From: Azolla caroliniana
Taxonomy: Eukaryota > Plantae > Polypodiophyta
Length of the DNA: 64,000 nucleotides
Assembly (NCBI GenBank): GCA_043228905.1
Contig: JBHGNT010000009.1
Span: 10,850,001-10,914,000 of the forward strand
Direction: 5' to 3'
How positions within the stretch are numbered: the stretch's first letter is position 1; the number at the start of each line of letters is the position of its first letter. Position numbers and translations under genes: made by a program. The notes under the pieces were generated by a model, which ran no database searches, was not told the origin of the DNA, and saw only the letters and a list, made by a program, of their open reading frames with translations. Positions 26,801-38,689 of the stretch are shown piece by piece.

Positions 26801-29800
26801 ACACTTTGTAAGAGGGTGAGATGCATGCTGTCCACAGCTAATCTCCCTCATGGATTTTGGGGAGAGGCACTCAAAACTGCAGTACATGTATGCAATAGAT
26901 CCCCTCACATGTCTTTAAAAGGTGACATCCCTGAAGAGGTTTGGTTTGGCAAACCTGCTTCATATGATCACTTATGTGTCTTTGGCTGTGAGGCTTTTGT
27001 ACATATAAGGCCTGAGCTGAGAAACAAACTTGACGCCAAGTTCATTAACGGCCTCTTCATGGGATATGGTGAACATGGCGAAATGGACTACAGGATTTGG
27101 ATATCCCTGCTCAAGAAGGTTATACGCAGCCGGGACATTGTTTTCAATGAGGCAAGGCTGCTTCAAAGCAATTGTGCCTCAAAAGATGACCATAAAAGGG
27201 TTAGATTTCAGCATGACCAGCCACCTGTTAGACCCAGTTTTGACCATCAGGATGCACCACAAAGGACTGAAAATATTGATGATCCAGTGGTTTTGGAGCC
27301 AGAAGATGATGGACAGCAAGATGAGGATCCTGAGGGGAATATGCAGCCAAGTAATAATGCTGAAAATGGTGCTGAAAATAATGGACAGCAGCCTAATAAT
27401 GATGATTTAGACATACCACCTGATTCTGACCCATTGCCTGGCAATGTGGATCATTGGGTGAGACGTTCTACTCGTATTAGACGAAATGTGAGTAGATTTG
27501 ATCCCTCGTTGCACTACATAATGTTGACTGATGAGGGAGAACCTCTTACATATAAAGAGGCAAAGGCATGTGAGCACAACAATAAGTGGGAGCTTGCTAT
27601 GCAGGAAGAGATTAAGGCTTTGCATTCAAATAATACTTGGGACTTGGTTAAACTGCCCAAAGGAAGGAAAGCCATTCCTAACAAATGGGTATATAAAATC
27701 AAGACGGTTGATAACAAACCCAAGTATAAAGCAAGGCTGGTTGCAAAAGGATATGCTCAAACTAAGGGCATAGATTTCCAGGAAGTGTTTTTCGCCTATG
27801 GTGAAAATGACCCCTTCGCGAGTGCTATTTGCTATAGTGGCTGCACTTGATTTGGAATTAGACCAAATGGATGTACATACAGCTTTTTTGCATGGTGACA
27901 TTGATGAAGAGCTTTAATTGAAACAGCCCGAGGGCTTTGTTATTCCTCAAAAGGAACATTTGGTATGTAAGCTCAATAGAAGCTTGTATGGGCTGAAACA
28001 AGCTTCTAGACAACGGTACAAAAAGTTTGATGCTTTTATGCTCAAACATGGGTATACAAAGGAAGCCATGCTGATCACTTTTGTACACTAAAAGAGATGA
28101 AAATGGCAGCCCAATCGTTCTTGTACTATATGTAGATGATATGCTCATTGCTGCCAAGAAAAGGAGCACTGTTGATGTCCTTAAAAAGCAGCTGAAATCT
28201 GCATTTTCAATGAAAGACCTTGGGGGAGCTGAACATGTACTTGGAGTAAGAATTAGGAGACAAATCGAACACCATACATTGTATTTATCTCAGGAAAAAT
28301 ACATTGATAAGGTGCTGGACAGATTTTGTATGGCTGATGCAAAGCATCTTGGAGTGCCATTATAGCCATATGATAAAATCTCAAAGGAAGATTGTCCTAA
28401 GACACAAGAAGCAATCAATGACATGCAAGGTGTACCTTATGCTTCAGCTTGTGGTTCACTTATGTATGCTATGGTGGCTATTAGACCTGATATTGCCTAT
28501 ACAGTGGGAGTTGTAAGCCAGTTCATTGCTAATCCATGAAAGGCACATTGAAATGTAGTAAAGTCCATTATGATGTACTTAAAAGGGACTAAAAATAAAT
28601 GCCTCTGTTGTAGAAAAGACCCATTAGAGCTGAAGGGTTTTTGTAACTCTGACATGGCAGGTGATGTGGATACACAGAAATCCACAAGTGGCTATGTATT
28701 CACACTTGCAGGTGGTGCTATATCATGGTGCAAAAGGTTGTTGCTTTGTCCACTACTGAGGCTGAATATATTTCAGACACTGAGGCTTCCAAGGAAGCGA
28801 TATTGTCTTTGCAGTGAGTTTGGTTTGCTGAAAAGGCACCTATGCTTGGTTGTGATAGCCAGAGTGCCATCTGTTTGGCAAAGAATGCCATGTTTCATGC
28901 ACGCACAAAACATATTGATGTGCGATATCACTTCATTAGAGAAGTGCTTGAGAATGGCCTTATCACATTGATAAAGGTTCACACATCACCGAACCCCGCA
29001 GATGTACTCACCAAGAACCCTGCAGATGTACTTACCCAAAGCACAACATCAGATATGTATACAGATGGTGGGAGTTACGTAGCTTAAAGGCGTCATTTAT
29101 GCCTTTAAATGGGAGGTTGTTGGGGTAAAGGCCCTAAATGACCCCCTTATAGTATGTACATGTGTATCGGCCTATTTATAAAGGCCAAAAACCACTTATC
29201 ACTTTTTTCGTTATTTTTGGGCCAACTTCAGTGTGAACTTAGCCAACCCGAAATGGATCATATAACACATAAGTTAAAAACTTTTGGATCTCACTTCAAA
29301 AGGTGAGCTCCTCCAACTGCCTCTCTCTCTCTATCTTTTCAGCCATCGATCTACTACTACACCTAAAGCCCTAAGTGTTCCTCAGCAATATTGACAATTT
29401 CTGACCCTTTCATCCTCGCTAGGATATTCTCAAATTTTGGATGTCACATGGATCTTTATGACACTTACGATCCTCCAAAACCGCAATTAGTTCTATGCAT
29501 ATGACCAGATACATGAAGAAGAGTTGATGATGGCAGGATGATTATGCATGGTATCAGTCACCCATGATCATTCCGTCACTGCATGGGTGATCATTCCGTC
29601 ACTGCAGGGAGTTACGAAATTCGAGTATTTCAACCAATTGATAGTGTTGCATGATACCATTATAGGAATTAGTCACTAACTGCCCAATAACCAATCTGAT
29701 CCCAGGATGAAAAATACCCAGTCACACCAAAAGTTACACGTAGTACAACCACAATTACACTGGTCAGCCTTATAGCTTGAATCTGGGTGTATGAATTATT

Positions 29801-32800
29801 TTTTAAAAGCTTGACTTGCCATACAGCCCTAATTCAAAAGAGAGAAGACTGCGTTTCTCCACTTGATGACTTTGCGTATTTTATGAAATCAGTGGCAAAG
29901 ATTAAGGATAGAGTGAGACATACTTCAAAAATAGGCTGTAACTGTCGTATTGGAGTTTTTTTTAATGTTTCTCCAAGTTCTTTGGATCCATGTGTCCGCA
30001 TGATACATGAAGGCAAAACCAGATGTCCACCTTTTCTATACCTACAAACAGAAAAGAAAACATTGAACTACCCAAAGCAGAAAAGGGAACAAAAATCAAA
30101 TGCAAACAAGCAATAAATAAAAGTTGCGATCTTAAGATCTCAGACTATCAATGATATTAAAGGAAGAGTGAAAGTATATGGAATAGCAACGTCTTCCCGG
30201 CCTAAAAAAGGAGGCATGTTTCGTACCCTTTCCAAGGTAGAGGCTTCACAAGCATTGGCATATATGGTGTCACTACCCCACGAGCCTGAAAAAAAAATGA
30301 GCATTCTAGGGTTCAGAATACAGGAATGATGCGAAACAAAAACACGCAATACAACAGCAAGTCAGAAGATATCGAAATACATCGAAATACCATTTTGTGG
30401 ATGCCTTTTGAAATAAATGGATCACACTCTATTACACCATACTTCTTACTGCATGCTGGCTTGTTTCCACTACATCACAAGAAACAATGCCTTTTAAATC
30501 ACAACTATTAAAAAACAAAAAACTGAATTATTTAACCACATCATCCCAGGAGAATCACCTCTCTTTTCCAGTAACGGTTTTAACTGCATGCCGAAACGCT
30601 GGTCTAACTTCCAATGACCCATCTGATGTATTTTCCCCTGGATCTTGTATATAAGCTGTTTCAATAAGAAGCTCTAGCAATCGACATCCTACCTAAATCC
30701 AAGAAATTTAACAAGGTAAACATTTGTTGTATGATTCTTATTATGGAGTATGGTGAAGCCATAAAGAGAAACTTTAGTACACCAACCAAAATTTATTAAT
30801 ACTCACATGAGCCTGGACAATACGGCTCCAAGGCTCAGAGCTATCCGCCTCCCTAACTTTCTTCATTAATACCCTCAATTTCTTTTGTTTAATAAACTTC
30901 TGAACTTGCTTCTGCAGGGCTTTATGTTTCGCTAGTTGCTCTTTCGATGCTTCATCCTCAACATCTGACTCCTGTTTGCCTTTCTTGCGGGACTTCTGCT
31001 TGAGAACTTGTTGCAACCTAACCTGACAGCCACATTAGAAATTAAAATGATTGCCATCCCTTAAAACAATTGTTACCAACATACAAAACATAGCATTAGC
31101 TCCTATAAGATTACCTCCATTGATTAAGGAAAACTTAATCCAAGGGAAGTGTTCATGACTGAATGATGGAGAAACTAGAAGCAATCTGTACTGACTTTTC
31201 AGCACATTAGCAACAACCATGTCCAAGATGCAGGTGTTTTTCTCTTAAAATACTCCTTTCATTGGCTGATTAGATTCTTTATAAAGAAGCATTGGACATT
31301 GCATTCAAAACATGAATCCATATGTCCAACCTGACTGACCCATAGTGATTTACTATGGCTTAGTTGTCTGATGGAAACAACATGCGAAGAGCTCATAAGA
31401 CGAGTAATTCACTAATCCTTTCGTGAAAGCGAGACAATCAAATGCCAAGTAAAGGATCAAAAGTTTTAAAGCATAGACATTCAATCCAAATTGCAAAATC
31501 GCGTGATGTCATAATATTCACAGGTGTTGTGCTGTTTTTACTTTAAACTCATCATCAAACAACATTTCTATTGGACAGGGAAATACAGAGGAGCATTGTT
31601 GTTAAGTATCAATTCGGCACATACAAGCTTCGTGACTACTTTTTAGGGCGACATTTTTCTTAATTAATATTTAAATCATAAAGATTCTGCAAGTAGCGTA
31701 AAACTTTCTACATCATTAAGGTAGTATTCCTGTTTAGCCATCATTGAACTTTTGAGGTGCTTAAGGAATCAGATTCAAGAAAGTAAATGATAAGCGATCG
31801 AAAGACGAGTATGTTAAATCCTCACCTCTTGCTCCACAGCTTCACCTATGCTCAAAACGGGCACAACTACCCTTAATCCAACATTCGCATCCTCTGTGAG
31901 CAATTTGGCTACCGTCTTATGCATGGTAATAACAGCTAACTTATCAGCTGGAAGCAAAGCAAGGTAGGGACCGTAAGAGCTCCGATTCAACCTATAGTCT
32001 CCTCTCTGGTATGCCTCTTGCTCAGCAGTAATCGCATTCACTAGGGGCTCAAACCAGCTGAGAAACATTGATTTCATAAAAGGTAGATTTGGCGCAAGTT
32101 GGTTTTTGCACATCTCTTCTAGTGTGGCTTTGTACTCTTGTATGGCCTGTTGCCATGCCTCTGATTCAATTTTCATTTGCCTTTTCATTAATCTCAGATG
32201 TTTCCCTCTGGATGTTTCTTTGGGCTGTGTGCTTGACGAAGCACCTTCCCGATCACAATCTCTACATTGTTTCTCTTCAGCCTTACTATCTAAGTTTGCT
32301 AACCTCTCGGAAACCTGAGTCGATTCTGGCACTTGCTTTGCTGGAGAGGATTCCACAAATGGAGTTCTTGAGGAAGAAGAAGAGGTGATGAAATCAAAGT
32401 CACTTCCCCAAAACTCTGTGAGCTCAAATAGTAACAAAGGCTCCGATTGGGTCTTATGTGCTTTGAATGCTTGAAGAAGTTTGTTGGTAGCATTCGGATC
32501 TTCGCGAGCTTTAAAAGACATCTGATTTGCAATTGTTGGTATATCCCACAAGACAGAGTTCAACGTCCCACGAACATCAGTCATGGGGGTCGGTGAAGAG
32601 CTTTCTTTATCTGACCTTATTTTCAAAAGGGAGGGTTCCTGTGGCCTCATTGGTTCTTCAAATGAGATAGCTAGAGCTGCAGAATGAAGCTGTTTCCTTG
32701 AATTCTTCATTACTTCTGGGGTAGTTGCCAATTCTTCAAAGCCGTTTATATAGTGATGAGCTGGCGAAAAAAACAATCTGGAAAATGGTAAATTCAGTAC

Positions 32801-33153
32801 TACATGAGATAACCCTAATTGCCCTACTAGTACTAAACCCTAGAATAATAAAAAAACCCTATATCCTAGAAATCCGAAACCTTTGCGATTAATAACAATA
32901 GAAATGAAAGAAAACCCTACAAATTAGGGGAAGAAACTAACAGGAAACCCTAGAGGAAGAAGCGGCACAGAGAAAGAGATAGAAAATGGACGCACCTGGG
33001 GAGCAATGAAGAAGAATAAGGCGGAGGAGGATGGGGATGGGGATGGGGATGGGGATGGGGACCGGGCGTAAGCAGGGAGCGTGTGGGAGGAGTATGCTTC
33101 TTGGAGAAGGCGTCGGAGAAGAGCAGAATTCGAGTGCTAATCCTCCTCCACAT
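16585..33153 (-). CDS. RPOT: Nuclear-encoded T3/T7 phage-type organellar RNA polymerase (RpoT, probably mitochondrial RpoTm-like); 20 exons, about 1090 aa
   Basis: GT-AG exons with compatible phases: 33153-32996, 32777-31826, 31022-30807, 30692-30559, 30469-30391, 30285-30227, 30041-29924, 24210-24097, 24001-23870, 22324-21908, 21755-21705, 21612-21542, 18944-18872, 18792-18640, 18550-18476, 18387-18298, 18222-18172, 17383-17269, 17160-17057, 16695-16585 (3273 nt in total). Motifs: [18 protein letters not shown] (A), [14 protein letters not shown] (B), [14 protein letters not shown] (C) and C-terminal YFFN. The N-terminus MWRRISTR resembles a mitochondrial presequence. Confidence 0.96.
19350..21410 (-). 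mobile_element. 5'-truncated LINE (RTE/RTEX-like) in RpoT intron 12
   Basis: QSGFRKG...[28 protein letters not shown] and C-terminal [18 protein letters not shown]; the 3' end finishes in a (TTTC)n tail at about 19340-19356. Confidence 0.85.
20853..21111. mobile_element. About 260 bp insertion interrupting the LINE RT and carrying a tRNA-like A/B-box module
   Basis: It splits the LINE reading frame between WGIYTL and DTVLRKV. The minus strand has TAGCCTTATTGG (A box) and GGTTCAAAACT (B box). No clear TSD. Confidence 0.55.
22400..23765 (+). mobile_element. 3' fragment of the same LINE family in RpoT intron 9, in the opposite orientation
   Basis: [28 protein letters not shown] and MEYEDNRCL; alignable by eye to the reverse complement of 19355-20300. 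Confidence 0.85.
23176..23559. mobile_element. Solo LTR inserted in the LINE copy
   Basis: TG...CA ends with a perfect 5-bp TSD GAGAA (23171-23175 and 23560-23564); this segment is absent from the sister LINE copy. Confidence 0.8.
24780..26060 (-). mobile_element. Older degenerate LINE RT fragment in RpoT intron 7
   Basis: Decayed QxGFRKG..T.DH, LSPTL, AIL..HAD and YLG motifs, similar to the LINE at 19350-21410. Confidence 0.65.
26564..29412 (+). mobile_element. Internally deleted Copia element in RpoT intron 7, antisense to the gene
   Basis: TSD TCCTC (26559-26563 and 29413-29417). Only about 58 bp of the 5' LTR remain; the full 3' LTR is 29118-29412. INT (LRTDNGSEY), RT ([14 protein letters not shown]) and RH ([15 protein letters not shown]) are present with frameshifts. 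Confidence 0.93.
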
Positions 33154-33158
33154 ACTCC

Positions 33159-33206
33159 TCAGCAGAAGAAGAAGGAGCTACGACTCCCTCCACATGCACA
33201 CAACAT
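33159..33206 (-). promoter_or_regulatory. Two overlapping uORFs just upstream of the RpoT start
   Basis: ATG 33206 to TGA 33159 (MLCACGGSRSSFFFC*, out of frame) and ATG 33195 to TAG 33178 (MWRES*, in frame). Their inclusion in the mRNA is inferred. Confidence 0.55.
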
Positions 33207-33269
33207 TGAAAACAGATCTCCTCCTGCGACGGCGGCGGAGGAGGAAGAGGAAGAAGAGACGACGCCGCC

Positions 33270-33480
33270 GCCTTCTCTCTCTCTCTGGCTCTCTCTGGCT
33301 CTCTCTGGCTCTTGGCTCTGTCTCTCTCCGTGCGGCGACAAACCCAAAACCCTCTCCTCCTTCTCTCTTCTCTATGCTGTGTTCTCATCTGGTCTCTCTC
33401 TGGTCTGGTCTGGTCTGGTCTGGTCTGGTCTAGTCTCTTTGGTCTAGTCTCTGTGATCTGGTCTCTCTGTGTGATCTGGT
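33270..33480. repeat. CT-rich and (TCTGG)n simple repeats in the RpoT 5'UTR/promoter region
   Basis: (CTCTCTGG)n at about 33280-33310 and (TCTGG)n at about 33398-33432. Confidence 0.8.
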
Positions 33481-35036
33481 GGTCTTCAGGTGCGTTAACA
33501 AGCATAGCCATAGCATACCATGTGGGTTGAGTTTGATATGTAGTCGACGTTTCTATTTGCTACCAATTAATAATTAGGCTTGGTGAGGAAATCTCGGACA
33601 CAAACGGTGCAGAACACATTTCGAATGGCGCGTACGATCTGCCCCGTTCGATCTCTATCTATAAAAGGCGCGCGCTTAAAACCCAACCCGGGTCTGACGA
33701 GCCCCTGTCACATCAAACCCGCGCAATGATGATGTCATTTGATTACCTACCCCAGTCACTCATCGCCTAACTCACGAAATGTACTTATCTAAGCCTAACC
33801 CGAAGTCCTTTCACCTAACCCGGGCCTTGTAATCCTATAATCCTAACCCGGGTTGAGCTCCTAACTTGGACCTTCTGACCTAACCCGGGCACAACTTCAA
33901 CATTATTAAAACCCTGCATAAATTCTTTTTCCCCAATTTTTGAAATTTTGAAACCTGTTACACCTGCATCTGCACATGCATTTGAACCAAAACCTACACC
34001 TACATCAGAATAGCTACTGGGTACCTGAGCATGGTAAGTACTTTCTTCCACCACGTCGTCTATATTGATCTTTGTTTTGGACTTTAAGAAACATATGTTG
34101 AGTCTCATCATGTGATTTGAGTTTTATCAATATGTTGTGTATGGCTTCTCATAACCTATTCTCGGATATGAGCTTTCTAAGTTGCATGATTCTATATCTT
34201 TTGCTTCATTATGAGCTTTGTCGTTTGTGGCTTCTCGCACCGATTGGTTAAATATAAGACATTTCATGTCGCGATTCTTTAATTACTTTCAGAATGAGCT
34301 TTGTATGTTTGAAGGTTCTTCCATCGGTATCATCAATATGGTATTCATTAATTGAAAAGCTCCTCATCATGTGATTTACAACTTGTGATATTTTTGGTAT
34401 ATTCTTTCACACCTACTATACGTGTGCTTAGGCCATAGATATTGGACTTAACAGTAATGACCATCCCTCTTCAATGGTAAATCTAGTGTCGATACAATGT
34501 ACTAAGTCCACTACCCATTCCTCCTCGGTACTTTGTAAACAATGGATGTTTTTTATAACTATTGTTTTAATGAGTTGATTAGATTTGGCACAATGAACTC
34601 GTTGGGAACTTTCCATTGAAGATGAAGATTCAAATAATGATGTTATGATGCATGTAAGTCAAAAGTGATATAACGTTACAAATATTAAATGTATAAAAAA
34701 CGTTGAAATGCTTAAATTTTAGAAAGCAATTGAGGAAGCCCAACATTTGATGAATCAATGTACTCTTTGTGCAAGAATCCAAGTGCAAAATGCAAGACTT
34801 TGCACAAAAAGGTATAAAAGGCCTTCTATGCATATATGATAGAAAAATAGGGAAGACTACTAATTTTTCTTTAAGTTGTGAATTTAGCAAGTGAGTTATA
34901 CATAATGGATACACTAAATCTACATTGACAGCTTGGAAAGATCTATGTATAGCACATATATTCATGAAAGGGATATGCAATAGTTGTTATTGCTCATGAC
35001 CGTTCAAGACATTTTTAGTTTAAGGGGTATATTATA

Positions 35037-35349
35037 GGGAAAAGTACCAGGATACCCCTGGAAGTTCGTCTATTTACTAGAATGCCCCTAGAAGTTCCAA
35101 ATTTACCAAACTACCCCTATGTCCAAAAAATTACACTTTATAAAGTAATTATACACTCAAATATTTGGTAAATAAGGCTAGTTCGGGTCCATTTCTTCCA
35201 TCTTTGGTAAATAGGGCTTGTAAATTTGAGTGTATAATTACTTTATAAAGTGTAATTTTTTGGACATAGGGGTAGTTTGGTAAATTTGGAACTTCCAGGG
35301 GCATTCTGGTAAATAGACAAACTTCCAGGGGTATCCTGGTACTTTTCCC
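35037..35349. mobile_element. Mutator-like (MULE) MITE
   Basis: About 126-bp near-perfect TIRs (35037-35162 and 35224-35349, GGGAAAAGTACC...) with a 9-bp TSD TATATTATA on both sides. Confidence 0.93.
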
Positions 35350-35439
35350 TATATTATATAAATAAATAGATCTATATAGAAAGGATAGATCTTTTCATGA
35401 AATTTGGCATATTAGTGACTTAATATGTGGCCATATATA

Positions 35440-37510
35440 TGGCGTCATTCGTTTGGGATCTTGCTTGCGAAGACAACTTTTGTCGCCTCAAAACAATGGT
35501 CCAGGAATCAAGGTTGCTCGCCCATCCTAACTTTGACCAGTCGTTTACGTTGTAGATAGATGCCTCTAACCATGGGTTAGGAGCCATCCTCCTGCAAACC
35601 GATTGCCACAGGCAAGGGAAGGCGGTCGCCTTCATTAGCTGAACTCTCATGCCGGCTGAATGGAACTACTCAACCACTGAGAAGGAACTACTTGCGATCG
35701 TCTGGTCTTTCCAATGTCTTCACCCATACCTTCATGGCGGGTAGGTTACGGTTGAGACTGACCACGAGCCCTTACTTTCTCTTATTCATTGACCTCACCC
35801 CCCGGGCCGCTTGTTGCGATGGACGTTGGCACTTCAAGATTATAAGTTTACCCTCTCCTATCGAAAAGGTGTAACCAATTTGGTCGCTGATAGTCTCTCT
35901 CGCGCAGATTTCCAAGCTGTCCAATTTCTACCTGCGACGTCTTACCTTCCATTGCCACTACCACAACTCGCTACACTTCAGCAACACGACCCCGCTATCC
36001 GAGAGATAACCCATCGGTTGCGCTCCCTCTAACCATTTCCCTCACAATGACGGTTCATGTTTCGCGATAACTTGGTGTTCTTCATTCAGGCGCATCACGA
36101 GCTGCGTCTCTACATCCCTCATGCCCTACAATAGATGTATCTCCAATTCTATCACGACCACCCATTGTCGGGTCATTTGGGTTTCCACAAGGTTCTCTAC
36201 ATGCGATACTCTGTCTCTACCTACATCAACCAATGTGCTTTGTGTCAACACATCAAACCCGCGAGCAAGCCCGTCGGAACGCTCCAACCTATCACCGTCA
36301 CATCGCCTTTTGAGCTCATCGAATGGGATTTCATGGGACCTTTTCCTGAAACCCCCAGTGGCAACAAGTATATCCTAGTCATCACAGAATACCTCACCAG
36401 ATGGGCTGAAACTGTTGCCATCCCTGACGTCACTGTGCCAACAATTGCATCCCAACTTTTGCACAAGGTAATTTTTCAGCATGGTTGACCTGTCCAACTC
36501 TTAATTTGATTAGGGCCGCCAGTTCCATGGGGATGTCCTCAACGCGGTTGCAACTCAACTAGGTGTCCAACAGGTGTTTACATCCCCGTACCATCCGCAA
36601 ACAAACGGCCTCACTGAACGCCTCAACAAGACCCTCAAGCAGGAGATTGCCGCTTACATTGATCCCTGCCACAAAACCTGGGATCAAATCTTGCCTTTCG
36701 TCACCCACGCCTACAATACATCCGTTCAGGCGTCAACACAGATAAGCCCTTTTCGAGCACTCTATGGGCGTGACCCTCAGCTCCAACCAGAATCGTCCAT
36801 TGACGTCCATTCCAAACCTACCAACATGGATGGTGCCACTTGGGGTCTCTATCTCCAACAACTGCTACCTCTCATTCGATAAGCAAGCTCTCGAAACCTA
36901 CAAGTCACACAACAACGCCAAAAGCGACACTACGACGTGGGTCGAATTACCCTGACTTATGATGATGGAACCAAAGTCCTTGTTTACTTCCCGGTCCGAC
37001 GAAGCGGTCTCAGCGAATCACTCATGCACTGATGGATCGGCCCATTCACCGTGGTTCGTGCAATCAAATCCATGACTTACTTGCTCCGACGTGATTCCAA
37101 TGGTCGATTCACCTCTGCCCATGTTGCCCGCATCAAGCCCTATGCTACCCCAAGCCCATCTTCTAGCGCACGTCCTTTCCCCATGTTGTAAAACTCCTTG
37201 TTTCTCTCAGGGGGGAAATGTGGTGTCCCTTGGATGCAAGTGCATGCCTTCATGTTGGGTGTGCATGTGTTCCTTTGTGCCCCTTTTAGCACACCCTTGT
37301 TTAGCATGCATGCCTTCATGCTATGGTGTACATGTGTTCCATTGAGCCACCCTTTTAGCATACCCTTGTTAGGATGCATGTAGCTAAGTAAAGCCAACCC
37401 AAATGGGTACCTTTGTACGACTATAAATTGAATAGGAAGTAAGAAGCTAAGCAAGCTGGTTTGGATTCCATTTATGTGCATTTCACAATATGTATACACA
37501 TACACCCACA
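35440..37510 (+). mobile_element. 3' part of a Gypsy element: RNase H and integrase remnant, PPT and 3' LTR (37219-37510)
   Basis: DASNHGLGAIL, NYSTTEKELLA, HDHPLSGHLG, DFMGPFP and YHPQTNGLTERLN; PPT AGGGGGGAAA followed by TGTGG...CCACA. Confidence 0.85.
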
Positions 37511-37561
37511 ATCATTTTTTAACCCTAAACAACTTTACCGTAGTGGACAAGCCGATTGGTG

Positions 37562-38448
37562 TGTGATCCAATCGTGCGATATTCTAACCAAACAAGAATG
37601 TTCATATCAAGCCAACTCCGATCGAAGTTATCGATTGTAGAGCAGTGATCCAAGTTGAGGCATTTCTGACCGTGAGAGAAGAGAAGACCGATGTGTTGGG
37701 AGACAGGTCCCTCCGGATGGGAAGGGAGAAGAACAATGCGGATGAACAAACTCGGCCGAGGCCGAAACCGGATGATACGTACCCGGCTACGGAGAGCCGG
37801 ATGATACGTACCCAGTATGAACTGGATGAGGAGTACCCGGCTACGGAGAGCCGGATGGTGCAGACCCGGTATGAACCAGATGAGGAGTACCCGGCTACGG
37901 AGAGCCGGATGATACATACCCGATGAAGATCGGATGAGGAGTACCCGGCTACGGAGAACCGGATGGTACAGACCCGGTGAGAACCGGATGAAGAGACATA
38001 TTCGTAAATATGTTTCTGAGAGTCCATCGAGGCTATATTTGTAAATAGCCGAAAAGTCATATTAGTATAAATATGACTTAGGGCAATTTTTATATGACTG
38101 TTGTTGTTGTCATTTCTTGTTGGTGCAAGAAGAAGATAGAGTGCGTAACTATGTATAGAGAGAGAGAGAGAGAAAGAGGTCGTTGCCTCTGTTGTAACCG
38201 CCGCTTGTGGCGAGGATCGTGAGCACGAGGTCGTTGCCTCCGTGAACTCACTGTTGTACATTCTAGCATAGTGATAGTTTGCAGCTTGTGGGCTGCCGTG
38301 GTTTTTCCCTCTTTGGGCTTTCCACGTCAACATTCTGTGCACTCGTTTCTTCTTCGTGTCGTGTTTTATCTCCCGTTTGTCTGTGTATGATCCTAAGCTC
38401 GGTTGTGGCCGAGCGTTGCGTAAAGGGAGCGTTGAGTTCCCGTCACGA
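37562..38448 (+). mobile_element. Probable solo LTR (Tork/Tnt1-like U5 motif) with an internal 54-bp tandem array
   Basis: TATAAATA at about 38066; CCGTGGTTTTTCCC...TTTCCACGT motif; imperfect TSD TGGTG/TGGAG; about four 54-bp units at 37768-37990. Confidence 0.5.
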
Positions 38449-38689
38449 TGGAGTTTCCGGTCAACGGGTTTTTGGCATGGGCTTTGTGGGATTGACGTGC
38501 AATGCACTGTCCCACGAGCGTGCCAGGTGTTACCCCTATAGGTGTACGGGAGGGTTAGGTGTAATGTGGAAGGTGGAAGGTGTAATGTGTAATATGGAAT
38601 GTTAATGTGTGAGTGTTAGGTGGGGTAAGTAGGTGTAACTACCTCCATTCGGCTTTTTTGTACTAAATCTTGTACTATTTAAACCCCAC

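Noticed and set aside
16585-33153. Prophage or recent viral transfer of a T7-like RNA polymerase
   Set aside because: It has 19 spliceosomal introns and a targeting peptide; it is the standard nuclear RpoT family.
33031-33530. Overlapping ORFs suggesting a divergent or antisense gene at the RpoT 5' end
   Set aside because: They are translations of simple repeats (GATGGG, CT, TCTGG).
37602-38507. 301-aa minus-strand ORF
   Set aside because: It is kept open by the 54-bp tandem repeat and GA microsatellite within an LTR-like sequence and has no recognisable domain.
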